A program made the translations under genes and the position numbers. Shown here piece after piece: positions 41,533-51,650 of a DNA stretch of 64,000 nt; the first letter of the stretch is position 1; each line of letters begins with the position of its first letter. A model generated the notes under the pieces. The model made no database searches, was not told the DNA's origin, and saw only the letters and a program-made list of their open reading frames with translations. This DNA is from Sedimentisphaerales bacterium (lineage in GTDB: Bacteria > Planctomycetota > Phycisphaerae > Sedimentisphaerales > SM23-30): the NCBI GenBank assembly GCA_963663965.2, contig CAXXFK010000015.1:192001-256000 (forward strand), given 5' to 3'.

Positions 41533-43551
41533 TTATTGACCTGCGAAGAACACTGCACCCCGGTAGTCTTGCTGAGCCGCACCGAAGTCCAGATAGCCAC
41601 GGAATTGAACGCCCAGAGTATTAAAGTCGGCTTGTGCCGATTCGATAGTGGGACGCTCAACACCATTCAGGAAAGCGATTTCAAAGGCCGGGACCACATT
41701 GGGGTCAGCAAACAGATACCAGCCCTTGGTACTGGCATTGGCATGGACCGAAGAATTGCTCAGATAGGGAGAGCAAACCGGGGCATACTTGCCAGCGTGA
41801 GGATTGCCATCGGGCTTCTCTTCTGAGTCGCCATCGGTCGGAGTGGCCAGATTCAGTTTGAGCGATCCATACAACTGCTCAGCCAGCACCTTCAGGGCGG
41901 TCGGCACAAGCATGGTCTGGGGAGAAATGCCCAGCGGATGACCATTGGGCTTAGTCTGGTCCAAGAACATTTGTTCCGCAGAGGTCAAAGCTGTGATAGA
42001 CAGGTAAGACGATGCACCGGAGGCATAGTTTTGGTGTGTGGTAGAAAAGAAAGCGCCAGCGTTCGCAAGGATCAGGGCCCAGACAATCATGTTGATGGAT
42101 TCAGCCGCACCCCGGCCAAAAGCGGCGGGAATTTCAGAGAAAGCACCCATGTCGTCATTGATGATCGTCTGACGATTCAGACTGAACATGATGCCATAGG
42201 TATCAGCCTGATTGCTGTAGGTCTCTTCTCCCAATTTGCCATGCTTGAACTCACCAGAAGGCGGGATCAATTGGAACTGCATGGTGTCAGTCAGGCGGTA
42301 ACGGCTGTGTTCCATGAAGTTATTGACCGGACGGGTCTTACAAACTCGTCGCCAAGAACTGTCCACACTTGCGAAGCTGTCCATCAGCACGGCATTAGCG
42401 GCCCCGGACAGAATATTCGGGAGAGACAGAGAAGAGAAGGCGGCACGAATGAAAGCGTCATGGCCACGGCGGGGCGAAGGAAGAGCGATGCCATCCAGAC
42501 GGGCGGCTTCGATAAACAATTCCTGAACGCCGAGGTTACGCAGGCTATAAGCCATTTCGAGAGTGTTCTCGCCGTAACGCTTCACCATTACAGAATCATT
42601 TGTCTGAGAATTGGACAGACAAATAGCGGCTTCCAAGACTTTCCGGTCAAGCCGTGGAGCACTGGGAACAAACATGCCCGGAGGTTGGGTCTGCTTGGCT
42701 TCCAGAACCGCCAGCTTGGTCTTATCGTGGCCCCATCCTTCCCGGATCGCCTTGGCTTCAATGTCAGGGTGTGCCCCGGCGCAAAGCTCTTTCACAGTGG
42801 CGATACGCTCAGATTCGGCGGCCAGTTGTTCCCGATATTTTTGAATATCGGCTTGCGGATTCAGTGCCGACGCCTCAACCGTGCCCTGCTTATTAGTATT
42901 TTCCGCAGAAGCTTGGACGCTGTCTTTGGTGTCGGCAGGAGTTTCGGTTTTGGCAGTCTGGCCCTTTGCTTCGAGGTCTTTGTTTTTTACCTCAGTGTCT
43001 TTGTTAGGATTAGGCATAGTGCTAGACTCCTTGTCATAAAAATTTGCAACAATCGTATTAGTTAGGTGGTCGGCCCCAAGCACAACCACAGAGACTTCCC
43101 TTAGTCTCGATTTAGATACAACCATGACCGGGCCCGTAATGGTCTGGCCATTGACAATCTCTGTTTCTTCTGCTTCAAGGTGATAACGTTCAATGATCTG
43201 GGCCCCGACAGAGGCTTGCAGCGGTACTCCACTGTCAGACAGTGCGGTCAATTGCTTTGCCTTTTCACTGCCAGAGGACAGTTTGCCTTCGACGTTGATT
43301 TTTCCGTCCGAGACAGTGACCTTGCTGATAACGCCTACTACATTGTCCACATCTTTGTAATGATTGTGGAGGGCAGGCATGGGAGTGTTTGCCTCCATCC
43401 CGTTCAGGTCGATAACAACCGGATCATAGTAACCAACCTGCATCGGTCCACCCGTATAGGCCAGCATGGTAAACTTGCGGTCCTTCGATTCACTACTGGC
43501 CGCTTCGATAGAAATGGCCTCGATAATTTGCAGTTTGTCACTATTTGGCAT
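41533..43551 (-). CDS. Prohead protease-major capsid fusion (Mu-gpT-like capsid)
   Basis: AYTGG, LHNH, LQASVG, LREVSVV protease; TYGIMFSLNRQTIINDD, AFLNG, DYRG capsid. Confidence 0.88.
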   Translation of the reverse strand: MPNSDKLQIIEAISIEAASSESKDRKFTMLAYTGGPMQVGYYDPVVIDLNGMEANTPMPALHNHYKDVDNVVGVISKVTVSDGKINVEGKLSSGSEKAKQLTALSDSGVPLQASVGAQIIERYHLEAEETEIVNGQTITGPVMVVSKSRLREVSVVVLGADHLTNTIVANFYDKESSTMPNPNKDTEVKNKDLEAKGQTAKTETPADTKDSVQASAENTNKQGTVEASALNPQADIQKYREQLAAESERIATVKELCAGAHPDIEAKAIREGWGHDKTKLAVLEAKQTQPPGMFVPSAPRLDRKVLEAAICLSNSQTNDSVMVKRYGENTLEMAYSLRNLGVQELFIEAARLDGIALPSPRRGHDAFIRAAFSSLSLPNILSGAANAVLMDSFASVDSSWRRVCKTRPVNNFMEHSRYRLTDTMQFQLIPPSGEFKHGKLGEETYSNQADTYGIMFSLNRQTIINDDMGAFSEIPAAFGRGAAESINMIVWALILANAGAFFSTTHQNYASGASSYLSITALTSAEQMFLDQTKPNGHPLGISPQTMLVPTALKVLAEQLYGSLKLNLATPTDGDSEEKPDGNPHAGKYAPVCSPYLSNSSVHANASTKGWYLFADPNVVPAFEIAFLNGVERPTIESAQADFNTLGVQFRGYLDFGAAQQDYRGAVFFAGQ

Positions 43552-44992
43552 TGGAAGCCCCTTCACTGTCTGCGTTCTGTGGTGCAACGTCTTCCATGAC
43601 TAGCCCGAGTTCTTTCATTTTTGCTCGTTCCCGGCCAATTTGTTCGAGTTCCCGTTCCCAGTCCTTGCCCTGCTTGGCATACTCTGTGGCCAGAGTGGTT
43701 GTGTGTGAGACCAAGCGGGTCTGTTGCGCCGTAGCTTCTTTTTGCGGATCAACATGCTCGTCCCCGTCCCAGAACCAAACTCTCGGGATTCTGTGCAGAG
43801 TGCGGACCTTGATAGGGAGGTAGTCAGAAACCAGAATTGCCCGATCCAGCCACGCTCTGAAGATTTTATTAAGAACCACGGACTCGGCGTGTTGTCGTTC
43901 GACTCTCAGCATCTTGTAATAAGTCTGGAAGTCCAGCCGCCCAGAAGAGTAGTTGTAACCCGAGCTATTGGCCGCCGCCTTGTTGTAGGGAACCCCCAGA
44001 CATCGGGCGATTTCGTTTAATACTTCCCGCTTGAACTCAGCATAAGTGGTGACAGGCTGTTCAGCTTCAAGCTGTCCCAGTTTCCATCCACTCGGAAGAG
44101 TTGTCGCCATGTTCCGCTCAAGCTCAACTGTGTCCATCGGATCGACATCAGCGGCCTCGTCTGAGGCGTTCATGTCGGTGTAAAGAACAGCCGCAAAGTC
44201 GGCGGCGGTCTCAGCGGCCAAAATCGTTGCTAATGTGTATCGTCTCAGATGGGAGAACAAAGGAAGAGCCGGTGTAAGCTCAGGGATGGCCCTGTGTTGC
44301 TCCGGTCGGTCAGCAGTCATCCAATGGATCACATCTTCAGCAGGAATGCGATTGTAGGCCCGATCCGTGGAAAAAGTGAAAGTGTCCCCCGGATGACTCT
44401 GGGTGAAGTAATAGGCAACCGAGTTGCCCCAGTCGTCCAATACAATCCCGTCGATAATATTGGAAGGAAGTTTAACTCCAATTGGACTCGTCACCCGATC
44501 CGTTTCCATAGGGCGTATGTCCATTTTTACCGGGGATTCGAGTTTGCGATTGGTTGACATGACCGCAAACGCTTCACCGTCAACGCTCTTGGCTTTTCGC
44601 ATGGTGCGAAGTTTTTCGGCCAGACGAATTTCGTCAGCCCACGCCATAAACTCTTCTTCGATAATTGAATTGATTTCGCTGTTGAGAGTGGCCAGTTGTA
44701 TGCGGGGGCCAGTGCCAATAGTGTCTTGTGCAAGTGTGTTCACTATGCCCCGTGCGTAACTGTTATTAGCCACCTCGTAACGGCTTCGATTGCGAAGAAT
44801 CCGTCTAACTTCAGGCGAGTTTGATGCGTCTGGGCTCAGGTTGTCATTAGCCTGTTGCCAATGTCGCTGATTGATGTTATTTGTCTGAGCCGAGTCGTAC
44901 TTGACAGCCCGCAGATTAATTCTGGGCCGTGGAGTGACGATAGAGATGTTTCCACTAGGGGCAGCTATGGACTGGGTGACGATCTGAGTCAT
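43541..44992 (-). CDS. Lambda-family portal protein
   Basis: LRNRSRYEVANN, DGEAF, NYSSGR, HVDPQKE. Confidence 0.9.
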   Translation of the reverse strand: MTQIVTQSIAAPSGNISIVTPRPRINLRAVKYDSAQTNNINQRHWQQANDNLSPDASNSPEVRRILRNRSRYEVANNSYARGIVNTLAQDTIGTGPRIQLATLNSEINSIIEEEFMAWADEIRLAEKLRTMRKAKSVDGEAFAVMSTNRKLESPVKMDIRPMETDRVTSPIGVKLPSNIIDGIVLDDWGNSVAYYFTQSHPGDTFTFSTDRAYNRIPAEDVIHWMTADRPEQHRAIPELTPALPLFSHLRRYTLATILAAETAADFAAVLYTDMNASDEAADVDPMDTVELERNMATTLPSGWKLGQLEAEQPVTTYAEFKREVLNEIARCLGVPYNKAAANSSGYNYSSGRLDFQTYYKMLRVERQHAESVVLNKIFRAWLDRAILVSDYLPIKVRTLHRIPRVWFWDGDEHVDPQKEATAQQTRLVSHTTTLATEYAKQGKDWERELEQIGRERAKMKELGLVMEDVAPQNADSEGASNAK

Positions 44993-45189
44993 TACGCACC
45001 CCCCGCAGGAGATAGCTGATAGATGCGTATCCCGAGTTTTTTTCTGGAAGCCGCTCGCTTAGAGGCCAAGTAACGGTCAGCGGCAATCTGATCAGCCAAG
45101 CTATGTTGCTCTACTGATCCAGCGTCATTGCTGGCCTTCTTAGGCCCGGTAGCATTGGTTTCAATTGTGGTGTCGAGATCGTCACTCAT
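44992..45189 (-). CDS. gpW-like head completion protein
   Basis: GPKKASNDAGSVEQHSLADQIAADRY; between terminase and portal. Confidence 0.65.
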   Translation of the reverse strand: MSDDLDTTIETNATGPKKASNDAGSVEQHSLADQIAADRYLASKRAASRKKLGIRIYQLSPAGGA

Positions 45190-45249
45190 GCCTCTATTTT
45201 GAAAAAAACAGAGACTCGACACAAATTGTGTGTGGCATGTTTACCGACC

Positions 45250-45307
45250 ATACCTACATATCTATAGATTTATTTTTTTTATACCTACATATCTATAGAT
45301 TTATTTT
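45250..45307. repeat. 27-bp direct repeat x2 (period 31) containing palindrome ATCTATAGAT
   Basis: ATACCTACATATCTATAGATTTATTTT at 45250 and 45281. Confidence 0.85.
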
Positions 45308-45476
45308 GAAAAATTCTCTCTGAGGTAGTGAACCTTTTTCCGCAGTTTCGGCACTCTCGGCGGCGAGTCCTACGGTTTCTCAGGTCTTGAGTGTAGACAA
45401 CCGGAACGTGACCGCAGTTGCACACCGGGCATCTAACGCCATGGTTTTGATTATTTTCTTTCTGATCGTCAGCCAT
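45285..45476 (-). CDS. Zinc-ribbon protein (Ogr/Delta- or NrdR-N-like)
   Basis: CPVC..RRRECRNCGKRFTTSE. Confidence 0.7.
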   Translation of the reverse strand: MADDQKENNQNHGVRCPVCNCGHVPVVYTQDLRNRRTRRRECRNCGKRFTTSERIFQNKSIDM

Positions 45477-45477
45477 C

Positions 45478-47574
45478 TTACGCTCGCCTTTCTCGCTGTA
45501 TCTGCGACAACTTGATCTTCTTTTTAGATTCAACCTTGGAGGCATGACCGACTAACTTACAACCACACAGACTGGCCGCAACACAATTGCCAACCAGACA
45601 ATCCAGCCAGTGATTGTCCGGTGATCCGGGGACAGGTGTCCATTGATGAACTACCCGACCATGGCCCTCTGTCTTGGTCCATGACTCTGACCCGGCCACA
45701 TGCTCGGCAAACATTCTATGGATTTCAGGTTTTGTCCCAAACAGAGTCAGTGAGCCGGGCTCCCCGCCAGCGGCCATAAGCCTTTCATGGCTAAAAGTCT
45801 TCCAATAATTAGTGTCAATCAGTACATAAGGGTACTCACCTGTTGTCCGTTTGACATTGGGGATCATCCAGTGTTCACCATAACGCTCGCCGGGTTTTCG
45901 TCGATAGGAAGACATAGGTTTGTTGCCAGCCTTGACAGACACACCTTTGCTGGACATGATCGGGGCGTCCATTTCCCGTTTGACGTTTTCAATAATTCCC
46001 GGCTTGTACCCTGCATCGATAAAAATTCTGTCTATCTTGACAATACCTCCACCGCCTGCCTTCTTCCATGGGTAACTCATCAGCTTAGCGACCAAATCCT
46101 TCAATCCTGCCTGTATGACTGCATCTTTGACAATTCCCTTGTAGAGAGTGTCCATGGAGACATGAGGCTTTCTATGAGTGAAGTAGGCCCGTTTCTGGTC
46201 AGGGTATGAGCCATAGTCAACTATCCACCCAGTGAAGTCCTGCTCCCATGCACAGACAACATAGTAGAGGATTTTGTCGTGCACATCGATGAAGGCTGTC
46301 AGAAAGTGGGCCCGGAACGGGATTTCACACTGTGCCCGATGATTGATCTGGTCCATGAGAGCCTCGGGAGTCAGAACGTCCCCATCTGCCTCCTGAGTGA
46401 CAGGCTCGTTCTGATACTCCGCATAAAAACTCTCTTCATCGTCATAGAATAAATTCATGGCGGCTTGGAGAGCCGAGATTTCTTTTTTGCGAGTATAACG
46501 ATCCAGCCATGAGACCTCTGCTCCTTCATCCATGGCTTCACGATTCTCTCGATAAAAGTCTGTGGCCTCCGATCCGTTGCCATCAGCCGCATACGATTCG
46601 CTTCTGATTTTGGCATACTGGTCCCACAGCTTCATATTAGACGGGAAGTGGATCAGCATTTTAGTTCGCTCGCCCTGCCATGTCGGGTTTTTGGTCCGGT
46701 CAAGAAGTTGGTCGGCAAGGTCGAGAGGCTGAATGACCGTACAAGGAATAATAATGGCGGTATTCTGTCCGGGACCGGCCAGCCCCTTGATTGCCCCGTT
46801 AATGATTGACAGACGTTGTGTGATCTGCATCGGGGACCGGGCTGACTGGTCTGTCTGTGGATCGTCAACAATTACCAAAGTGGGCCTGATTTTCTCGCCA
46901 TCAGGCAGGACGTGATTTGCTCCACGAATTGAACCAGTAATTCCAGAGGCTTCTATGATCGCCCCTGAGCAGGTTGATCCCGGAATATCAGCAAAAATAA
47001 TCTGACTGGTTGACCATGCAATGTTGGTGTTTACTCCCCGATACTTCTGCCCGGTACATCGGCGGGACTCGCCTTGGAGTTGCCAGAACGGGAACACCGC
47101 TTCAGGGAAGTCCTGAAGAAGGAGTTTGTTTTTGTAAAGCTGATGCTGAATATTGCCCATCATCTGCTCAGCATCCTCGTTTGTACTGCCAACCAGAAAG
47201 ACGTAATGATGTTTCCCTGTCAGGACCGCCCATAGGACCGCCGCTTCGCAAAGCGTTGTCTTGCCTGATCCCCGAGGCATGGCCACGGCAAACTTTTCCA
47301 GATCGATAACCACACGCTCGATCTTGTCGATGGCAACCAAGTGATGGTCACTCCATGCCAGATTGAACTGTTTTTTTAGGTAGATTTCACAGAAGCTCTT
47401 GAACGAAGTCTCGGCCACAGCCCTGCGAATCGGGTCTTTAATCGGTGGGATCGAAGGAAGCTCCTGACCAGCCGCACTACGGGCACGAGACCGCTCATTA
47501 GCAGTCTGTCGCCTGCGCTCTGCCTGTCGTTTCAGTTCCTCAAGTCTGGCTGGATCGGGACTTGATGACTTCAT
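45478..47574 (-). CDS. Terminase large subunit (gpA-like)
   Basis: MPRGSGKTT, VIVDDPQ, FIDVH, DNHWLDC. Confidence 0.9.
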   Translation of the reverse strand: MKSSSPDPARLEELKRQAERRRQTANERSRARSAAGQELPSIPPIKDPIRRAVAETSFKSFCEIYLKKQFNLAWSDHHLVAIDKIERVVIDLEKFAVAMPRGSGKTTLCEAAVLWAVLTGKHHYVFLVGSTNEDAEQMMGNIQHQLYKNKLLLQDFPEAVFPFWQLQGESRRCTGQKYRGVNTNIAWSTSQIIFADIPGSTCSGAIIEASGITGSIRGANHVLPDGEKIRPTLVIVDDPQTDQSARSPMQITQRLSIINGAIKGLAGPGQNTAIIIPCTVIQPLDLADQLLDRTKNPTWQGERTKMLIHFPSNMKLWDQYAKIRSESYAADGNGSEATDFYRENREAMDEGAEVSWLDRYTRKKEISALQAAMNLFYDDEESFYAEYQNEPVTQEADGDVLTPEALMDQINHRAQCEIPFRAHFLTAFIDVHDKILYYVVCAWEQDFTGWIVDYGSYPDQKRAYFTHRKPHVSMDTLYKGIVKDAVIQAGLKDLVAKLMSYPWKKAGGGGIVKIDRIFIDAGYKPGIIENVKREMDAPIMSSKGVSVKAGNKPMSSYRRKPGERYGEHWMIPNVKRTTGEYPYVLIDTNYWKTFSHERLMAAGGEPGSLTLFGTKPEIHRMFAEHVAGSESWTKTEGHGRVVHQWTPVPGSPDNHWLDCLVGNCVAASLCGCKLVGHASKVESKKKIKLSQIQRERRA

Positions 47575-47995
47575 GGGCCGCTATCCTTGCGTGTTCTGAT
47601 AATGGGTAAGTTTCGTCCGTGAGTTGCAACGGCAACAGATGTGCCGCTATTTCGTCTAATTGAGCTTGAAGGTCTGTGGGGTCAGGGCCAGTGTCGATCT
47701 GCTTTCTCTCAGCCTTGTAGAGCCCCAAAAGCTTATTCAGTTCCCGTTGGGCCTGCAACGCTGTCTTAATATCCTTGGTTGCCTGTGCCAGTTTAAAAAT
47801 TTCATTGATCCGGGTGATAGCCTTGCCGATCTGCTCAGACTGATCATAGTCCGAAGCGATAGCAATCGACCGCTTAGCCTGCTCAAGCAAATCTTTGGAT
47901 TTGTCCGGTGAGACGTTCTGTTGTTTTAACGACTCTAAAATCTGGGAGTCAGTAAAACCGTTGCACAACAGAATAATAATCTGGTCTTTTGTCAT
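47540..47995 (-). CDS. Putative terminase small subunit
   Basis: Helical, overlaps terL start; ALQAQRELNKLLGL. Confidence 0.5.
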   Translation of the reverse strand: MTKDQIIILLCNGFTDSQILESLKQQNVSPDKSKDLLEQAKRSIAIASDYDQSEQIGKAITRINEIFKLAQATKDIKTALQAQRELNKLLGLYKAERKQIDTGPDPTDLQAQLDEIAAHLLPLQLTDETYPLSEHARIAAHEVIKSRSSQT

Positions 47996-48078
47996 AAACT
48001 GTAAACAAAAAATGGCCATGTGTCCTGGAGACAATGGGGCACATGACCGATAGATAGATAAATAAACCAATTACTTTT

Positions 48079-48618
48079 TTAAATTAAGTCGTCAAACAAG
48101 CCCGGCTCTCTGGGAGTCAGGGCCTCGAACTCTCGCTTGATAAAGTCCCTCTTTGTCATACCAAGCTTTTTACCCTTGCGGGTGTGTTGGTCATAAGCAT
48201 AATCTGGTATGGTTTCCAGATCGGCTCTAGCCTCTTCAATATAACTTTCTAAAATTTTAGAGTCAACTAATTTTTCATCATAAACACAATTAGTCAGGTG
48301 ATCCGCATCACGGGACTTGCGTGCTAAGGCCAATAATATGATCGCCTTGCTCGCAAATACCCGGCCCGAACCCTTCTTTTTCTTGTTGGCGGCCTGCCAT
48401 GATCGATATAATGCCTCAACTTCATACGTTATTATGCCCCAGACATCCTCTGCGGAGATGACCAACAGCCGTTTCCACAGGTATTCCCGGAAGCCTGATT
48501 CAAAGAGTTCAATCCCAAAGTACCCGGCGAGGCGGGAGTCGCCTCGCCGGATAGCTTTCTGCATTGCGCTGGTGACTTCAAAAAAGTCATAGTTCCTTAC
48601 GGTTCTCAATGGTGGCAT
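48079..48618 (-). CDS. Stand-alone RarA/MgsA C-terminal-like domain protein
   Basis: SAMQKAIRRGD, LWKRLLVISAEDV, LALARKSR; no Walker motifs. Confidence 0.7.
   Translation of the reverse strand: MPPLRTVRNYDFFEVTSAMQKAIRRGDSRLAGYFGIELFESGFREYLWKRLLVISAEDVWGIITYEVEALYRSWQAANKKKKGSGRVFASKAIILLALARKSRDADHLTNCVYDEKLVDSKILESYIEEARADLETIPDYAYDQHTRKGKKLGMTKRDFIKREFEALTPREPGLFDDLI
48238..48266 (-). promoter_or_regulatory. Intragenic promoter with perfect operator in spacer
   Basis: TTGACT-17-TATATT with TCTAAAATTTTAGA at 48248-48261. Confidence 0.6.
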
Positions 48619-49745
48619 TATGCGGCCTCACTTTCTTTTTAGAGATTTTATTGATTGCTTGATTGATCCAGTCAATTGCGTCCTGCTCATTGTTTACTCT
48701 GTTACCAATAAATAGGTCAAACTCTTCAGTCAGTTCGGGTAGTATCGGAGTGACCAACCCCAAAGAGTCATAAAGATTGCCCGGTATCAGACGGCCTATT
48801 CCAGTAAGTGCTAATCGCATGAAGGCGATTTCACTGACCGCAAACGTTAATGAATTAATGTCGAGAGGATGGGTGAAGTCTTTTAGAGTGATCCGCTGAA
48901 ACTCATGCTTCACCTTACTTCCCAAGTCAGACATATAAATCGTCGCCACCAGCTTCACGTTGATTCCCTGCCGAGTCAAACTGTCGGCCATGGCCAGCAT
49001 ACAGGCCCCTCTGCAAAGACTTACTTCGGGGTCTCTGTACCATGCCGCTGCAATGTCAATCCCAATAGTCACTTGCCGGGTGGAACGGGGTCTTTTTCAT
49101 TGACTCCCACATTTGTGGATTCCTGTTCAGGAACTTATCAACGTCAATTTCAGAACCGGCATCCAGATTGCGACGCCTTTTTCTGCGTGGTTTGTAAGAA
49201 GGCTGAATATCAGAAACGTCTGCTATTTTGTCTTTGAACTCATCAATCTTGTCTTTGTAAAAACCAGACGGACTCTCGAGTTCTTGATAAAATTTATGTT
49301 TCGTGAAGCCGTTGCCCCATTCGCCATGGCCTCTGAATTTATCGTCCAGAATTTTATTAACATGGTCGCCGTTTTTCCGGACAGCGGACAAATTTCTATC
49401 GAAAGCAACGTCGAGAACGTCTTTCAAGCTGTCCCATTCAACATGAAATACATTACCTTGGTAATAGGTCTGTACGCTATAGCCCCCGTGACTATGCTGT
49501 GTCTTGGTTTTTTTAGGGGACTCTTTTTTGGTGGTTTGCGGTTCAGTAGTGGAAGGTTGAGTGTCAGTGGCCTTGCGACTCTTAACCTTGCTCTTGGTTG
49601 GCTGATCTTCTGCGGTATGAGGTCCACAGGCTTCACATTTCACGCCAAAATGTTTTTTCCAGTAAACCGGATCGCCCTTGGCCACGGAAGCCCCGCATTT
49701 GGCGCATTTGCCTTTAAACCGTGCTGGAATTTTAGTGCTTTTCAT
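48587..49745 (-). CDS. AAA-partner protein (CobT/VWA-like) with N-terminal Zn ribbon; one apparent frameshift
   Basis: CAKC..CEAC; GSEIDVDKFL..W; removing one A at ~49093-49097 joins it to TIGIDI..RGA..D.L...G. Confidence 0.55.
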
Positions 49746-49786
49746 TTTTTTGTCTCCTGTTCAAAAGGTTAAGTTTATTCATCTGC

Positions 49787-49819
49787 ACGAAGCCTAGCAC
49801 AGTAGTGCTAGGCAGTCAA
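49787..49819 (-). promoter_or_regulatory. Repeated phage promoter copy 3
   Basis: TTGACT-17-TAGGCT; internal perfect IR GCCTAGCAC-4-GTGCTAGGC. Confidence 0.75.
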
Positions 49820-49835
49820 ACATAGTGGACAAAAT

Positions 49836-50783
49836 TTATATGTTTTTTACTTTTTCTTTTTCGTCCTTAGACCAAGATTGCAGATAAAGAGCCTTAACTT
49901 CGTCAAGAGTGAAACCGGCCTGAAGTTTTTGGATGGTTTTGATGACTAATCTGGTACTGGCAATCCGATGGAGTCTGCATTGATTGATCGCTTTGCGAAC
50001 CCCATGGACCCAAGCCAGCACTTCCTCACCGCCTTCTACTCCCTGCACTATGGTTTTTTCTAGTTGCTCGTCATAGTCAACATACAACTGGTCAGTGACG
50101 AATCTTTCAAGAGACGTCGCACATAGTTGGTTGCGACCAACATACATCGCATCAGCCCCTAGGCCATAGGTATTAGCCGCTGTCACAATTATGCAATTTT
50201 CATGACGTTCGATAACTTCACTTGTTACCGGGTTACACATGTGCCCGTTTTCAAGGGCCGCATTAATTGAAACCATGACGTTCGCCTCAGCCGCATCGAG
50301 CTCGTCTAACAAAAATACGCCTCCATGTCGATAAGTCTCAACAAAGGGAGTGGTCCGAAAAGACCAGCCCTCACCGTTTTCGTTCGGTAAAACCCGTCCA
50401 AACAGATGGGTTTCACTGATCCCTTCAGACATCGAGACGAATGAGAATGGAAGGTCAAGGGTTTTGGCCAGATGTTTAGCTAAAGTGGTTTTTCCGGTCC
50501 CGCTCGGACCGACCAGCATCACATTGCGTGCTCCGCTATTAATCAGCTTCAGGACCATCTCAAGCTCTTTGTGGGGATTGTCAATAGTGTTGACCGCATT
50601 CAGGGGCTTGATAGTGACTTCAAGCTTTCTGACCGACTCAGCCACAGTCTCTTCAACAATTTTGCGAACCATATCCTCATTGACCGGAGAGCTAATTCTC
50701 TGTTGCAGAGTTACGGCCATCAGTTCGACCAGATTTTCAGCATTGGGAGCTACGACTTTTTCAATTGTTGTTTCGGTTGCCAT
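49836..50783 (-). CDS. MoxR/CbbQ/CobS-like AAA+ ATPase
   Basis: GPSGTGKT, FLLDELD, AANTYG, YVGRNQL, ERF. Confidence 0.85.
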   Translation of the reverse strand: MATETTIEKVVAPNAENLVELMAVTLQQRISSPVNEDMVRKIVEETVAESVRKLEVTIKPLNAVNTIDNPHKELEMVLKLINSGARNVMLVGPSGTGKTTLAKHLAKTLDLPFSFVSMSEGISETHLFGRVLPNENGEGWSFRTTPFVETYRHGGVFLLDELDAAEANVMVSINAALENGHMCNPVTSEVIERHENCIIVTAANTYGLGADAMYVGRNQLCATSLERFVTDQLYVDYDEQLEKTIVQGVEGGEEVLAWVHGVRKAINQCRLHRIASTRLVIKTIQKLQAGFTLDEVKALYLQSWSKDEKEKVKNI

Positions 50784-50865
50784 CTTGTGTCTCCTGTAAA
50801 AAAAGTAAAAGTAAAGTAATTGGTGTGTGAGAATTTTTTTAATTCATATTATTCAATTGTCATAA

Positions 50866-50929
50866 ACGAAGCCTATCACAGTCTAAAATTTTGTCAAACT
50901 GAAATAGGCAAAAATGCTAAAATTTTAGA
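50866..50929 (-). promoter_or_regulatory. Repeated phage promoter copy 4 with two operator-like sites
   Basis: TTGACA-16-TAGGCT; TCTAAAATTTT at 50882 and GCTAAAATTTTAGA at 50916. Confidence 0.75.
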
Positions 50930-50936
50930 AAATAAT

Positions 50937-51650
50937 TTATTGGCGACGAGGGACTCTTATGCCAAAGTGGATTTGTGACTTAGATTCACGGGTATGTAAA
51001 TACTGGCCCCATCGCTTGAGCAGATAATTAATTTCTTTTTGGTGTCGTTCCTGTGATCGAAGCTTGGACCCGCCGCCTGCCCCGGCAAATAAATCGTAGG
51101 CAAAGTCATAGCGTCCGTCCACCATAACGATACGGTCTAACATCAGAGACTTCAGGCAAAAGTCAATGTCTGCCCGGAGCAATAGCGAGGTGTCATAGCG
51201 AAGCTCACGGCCTATGATCCCAATCGAACCGCCTACCCAAGCATTGAGATGGAACGGGTCAAACGGCTTATAAGCCACAGGGCGGGCGCAAATCTGAAAC
51301 CCGAACACTCTGGCCCCGGCCTCCTGTGCGACGATGGCGAGACGTTCCACAATGGCTTGAGCCTCTCTGGGATCGGTGATCCGTCTCTTGTGAAACCCGG
51401 TCTGGTCGTAGAGCTTTTTGAGGTCATCGTCGATTTGATAGACTACCGGATCGTCAACGTGATCCAGAATCCATTGGCGAAGCGGGCCAATGCCAAGAAT
51501 ATCGTCCGGGTGGATCAGCAAATTTTTTGTGACCTTGAAATAGTCGTCACGTTCTGACTCGCCAACACATACCACAGCGTCAGGGAACAGGGCGAGAGTT
51601 CTCTCGCCCACAATATTTGATCGGCCTTTACTCGGAATAACTATCTGCAT
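50937..51650 (-). CDS. GT-A fold glycosyltransferase (GREB1/TET-associated-like)
   Basis: IVIPSKGR, RQWILD, QIDDD, DIDFCL, GGG, L..RW. Confidence 0.7.
   Translation of the reverse strand: MQIVIPSKGRSNIVGERTLALFPDAVVCVGESERDDYFKVTKNLLIHPDDILGIGPLRQWILDHVDDPVVYQIDDDLKKLYDQTGFHKRRITDPREAQAIVERLAIVAQEAGARVFGFQICARPVAYKPFDPFHLNAWVGGSIGIIGRELRYDTSLLLRADIDFCLKSLMLDRIVMVDGRYDFAYDLFAGAGGGSKLRSQERHQKEINYLLKRWGQYLHTRESKSQIHFGIRVPRRQ

Noticed and set aside
41938..43065. 375-aa plus-strand ORF (also 21552-22622, 29608-30405, 33677-34417, 49113-49772)
   Set aside because: Antisense shadows of well-supported minus-strand genes, with no motifs
49085..49100. Programmed -1 frameshift at AAAAAG
   Set aside because: -1 frame hits TGA within a few codons; joining needs +1, which fits an indel better
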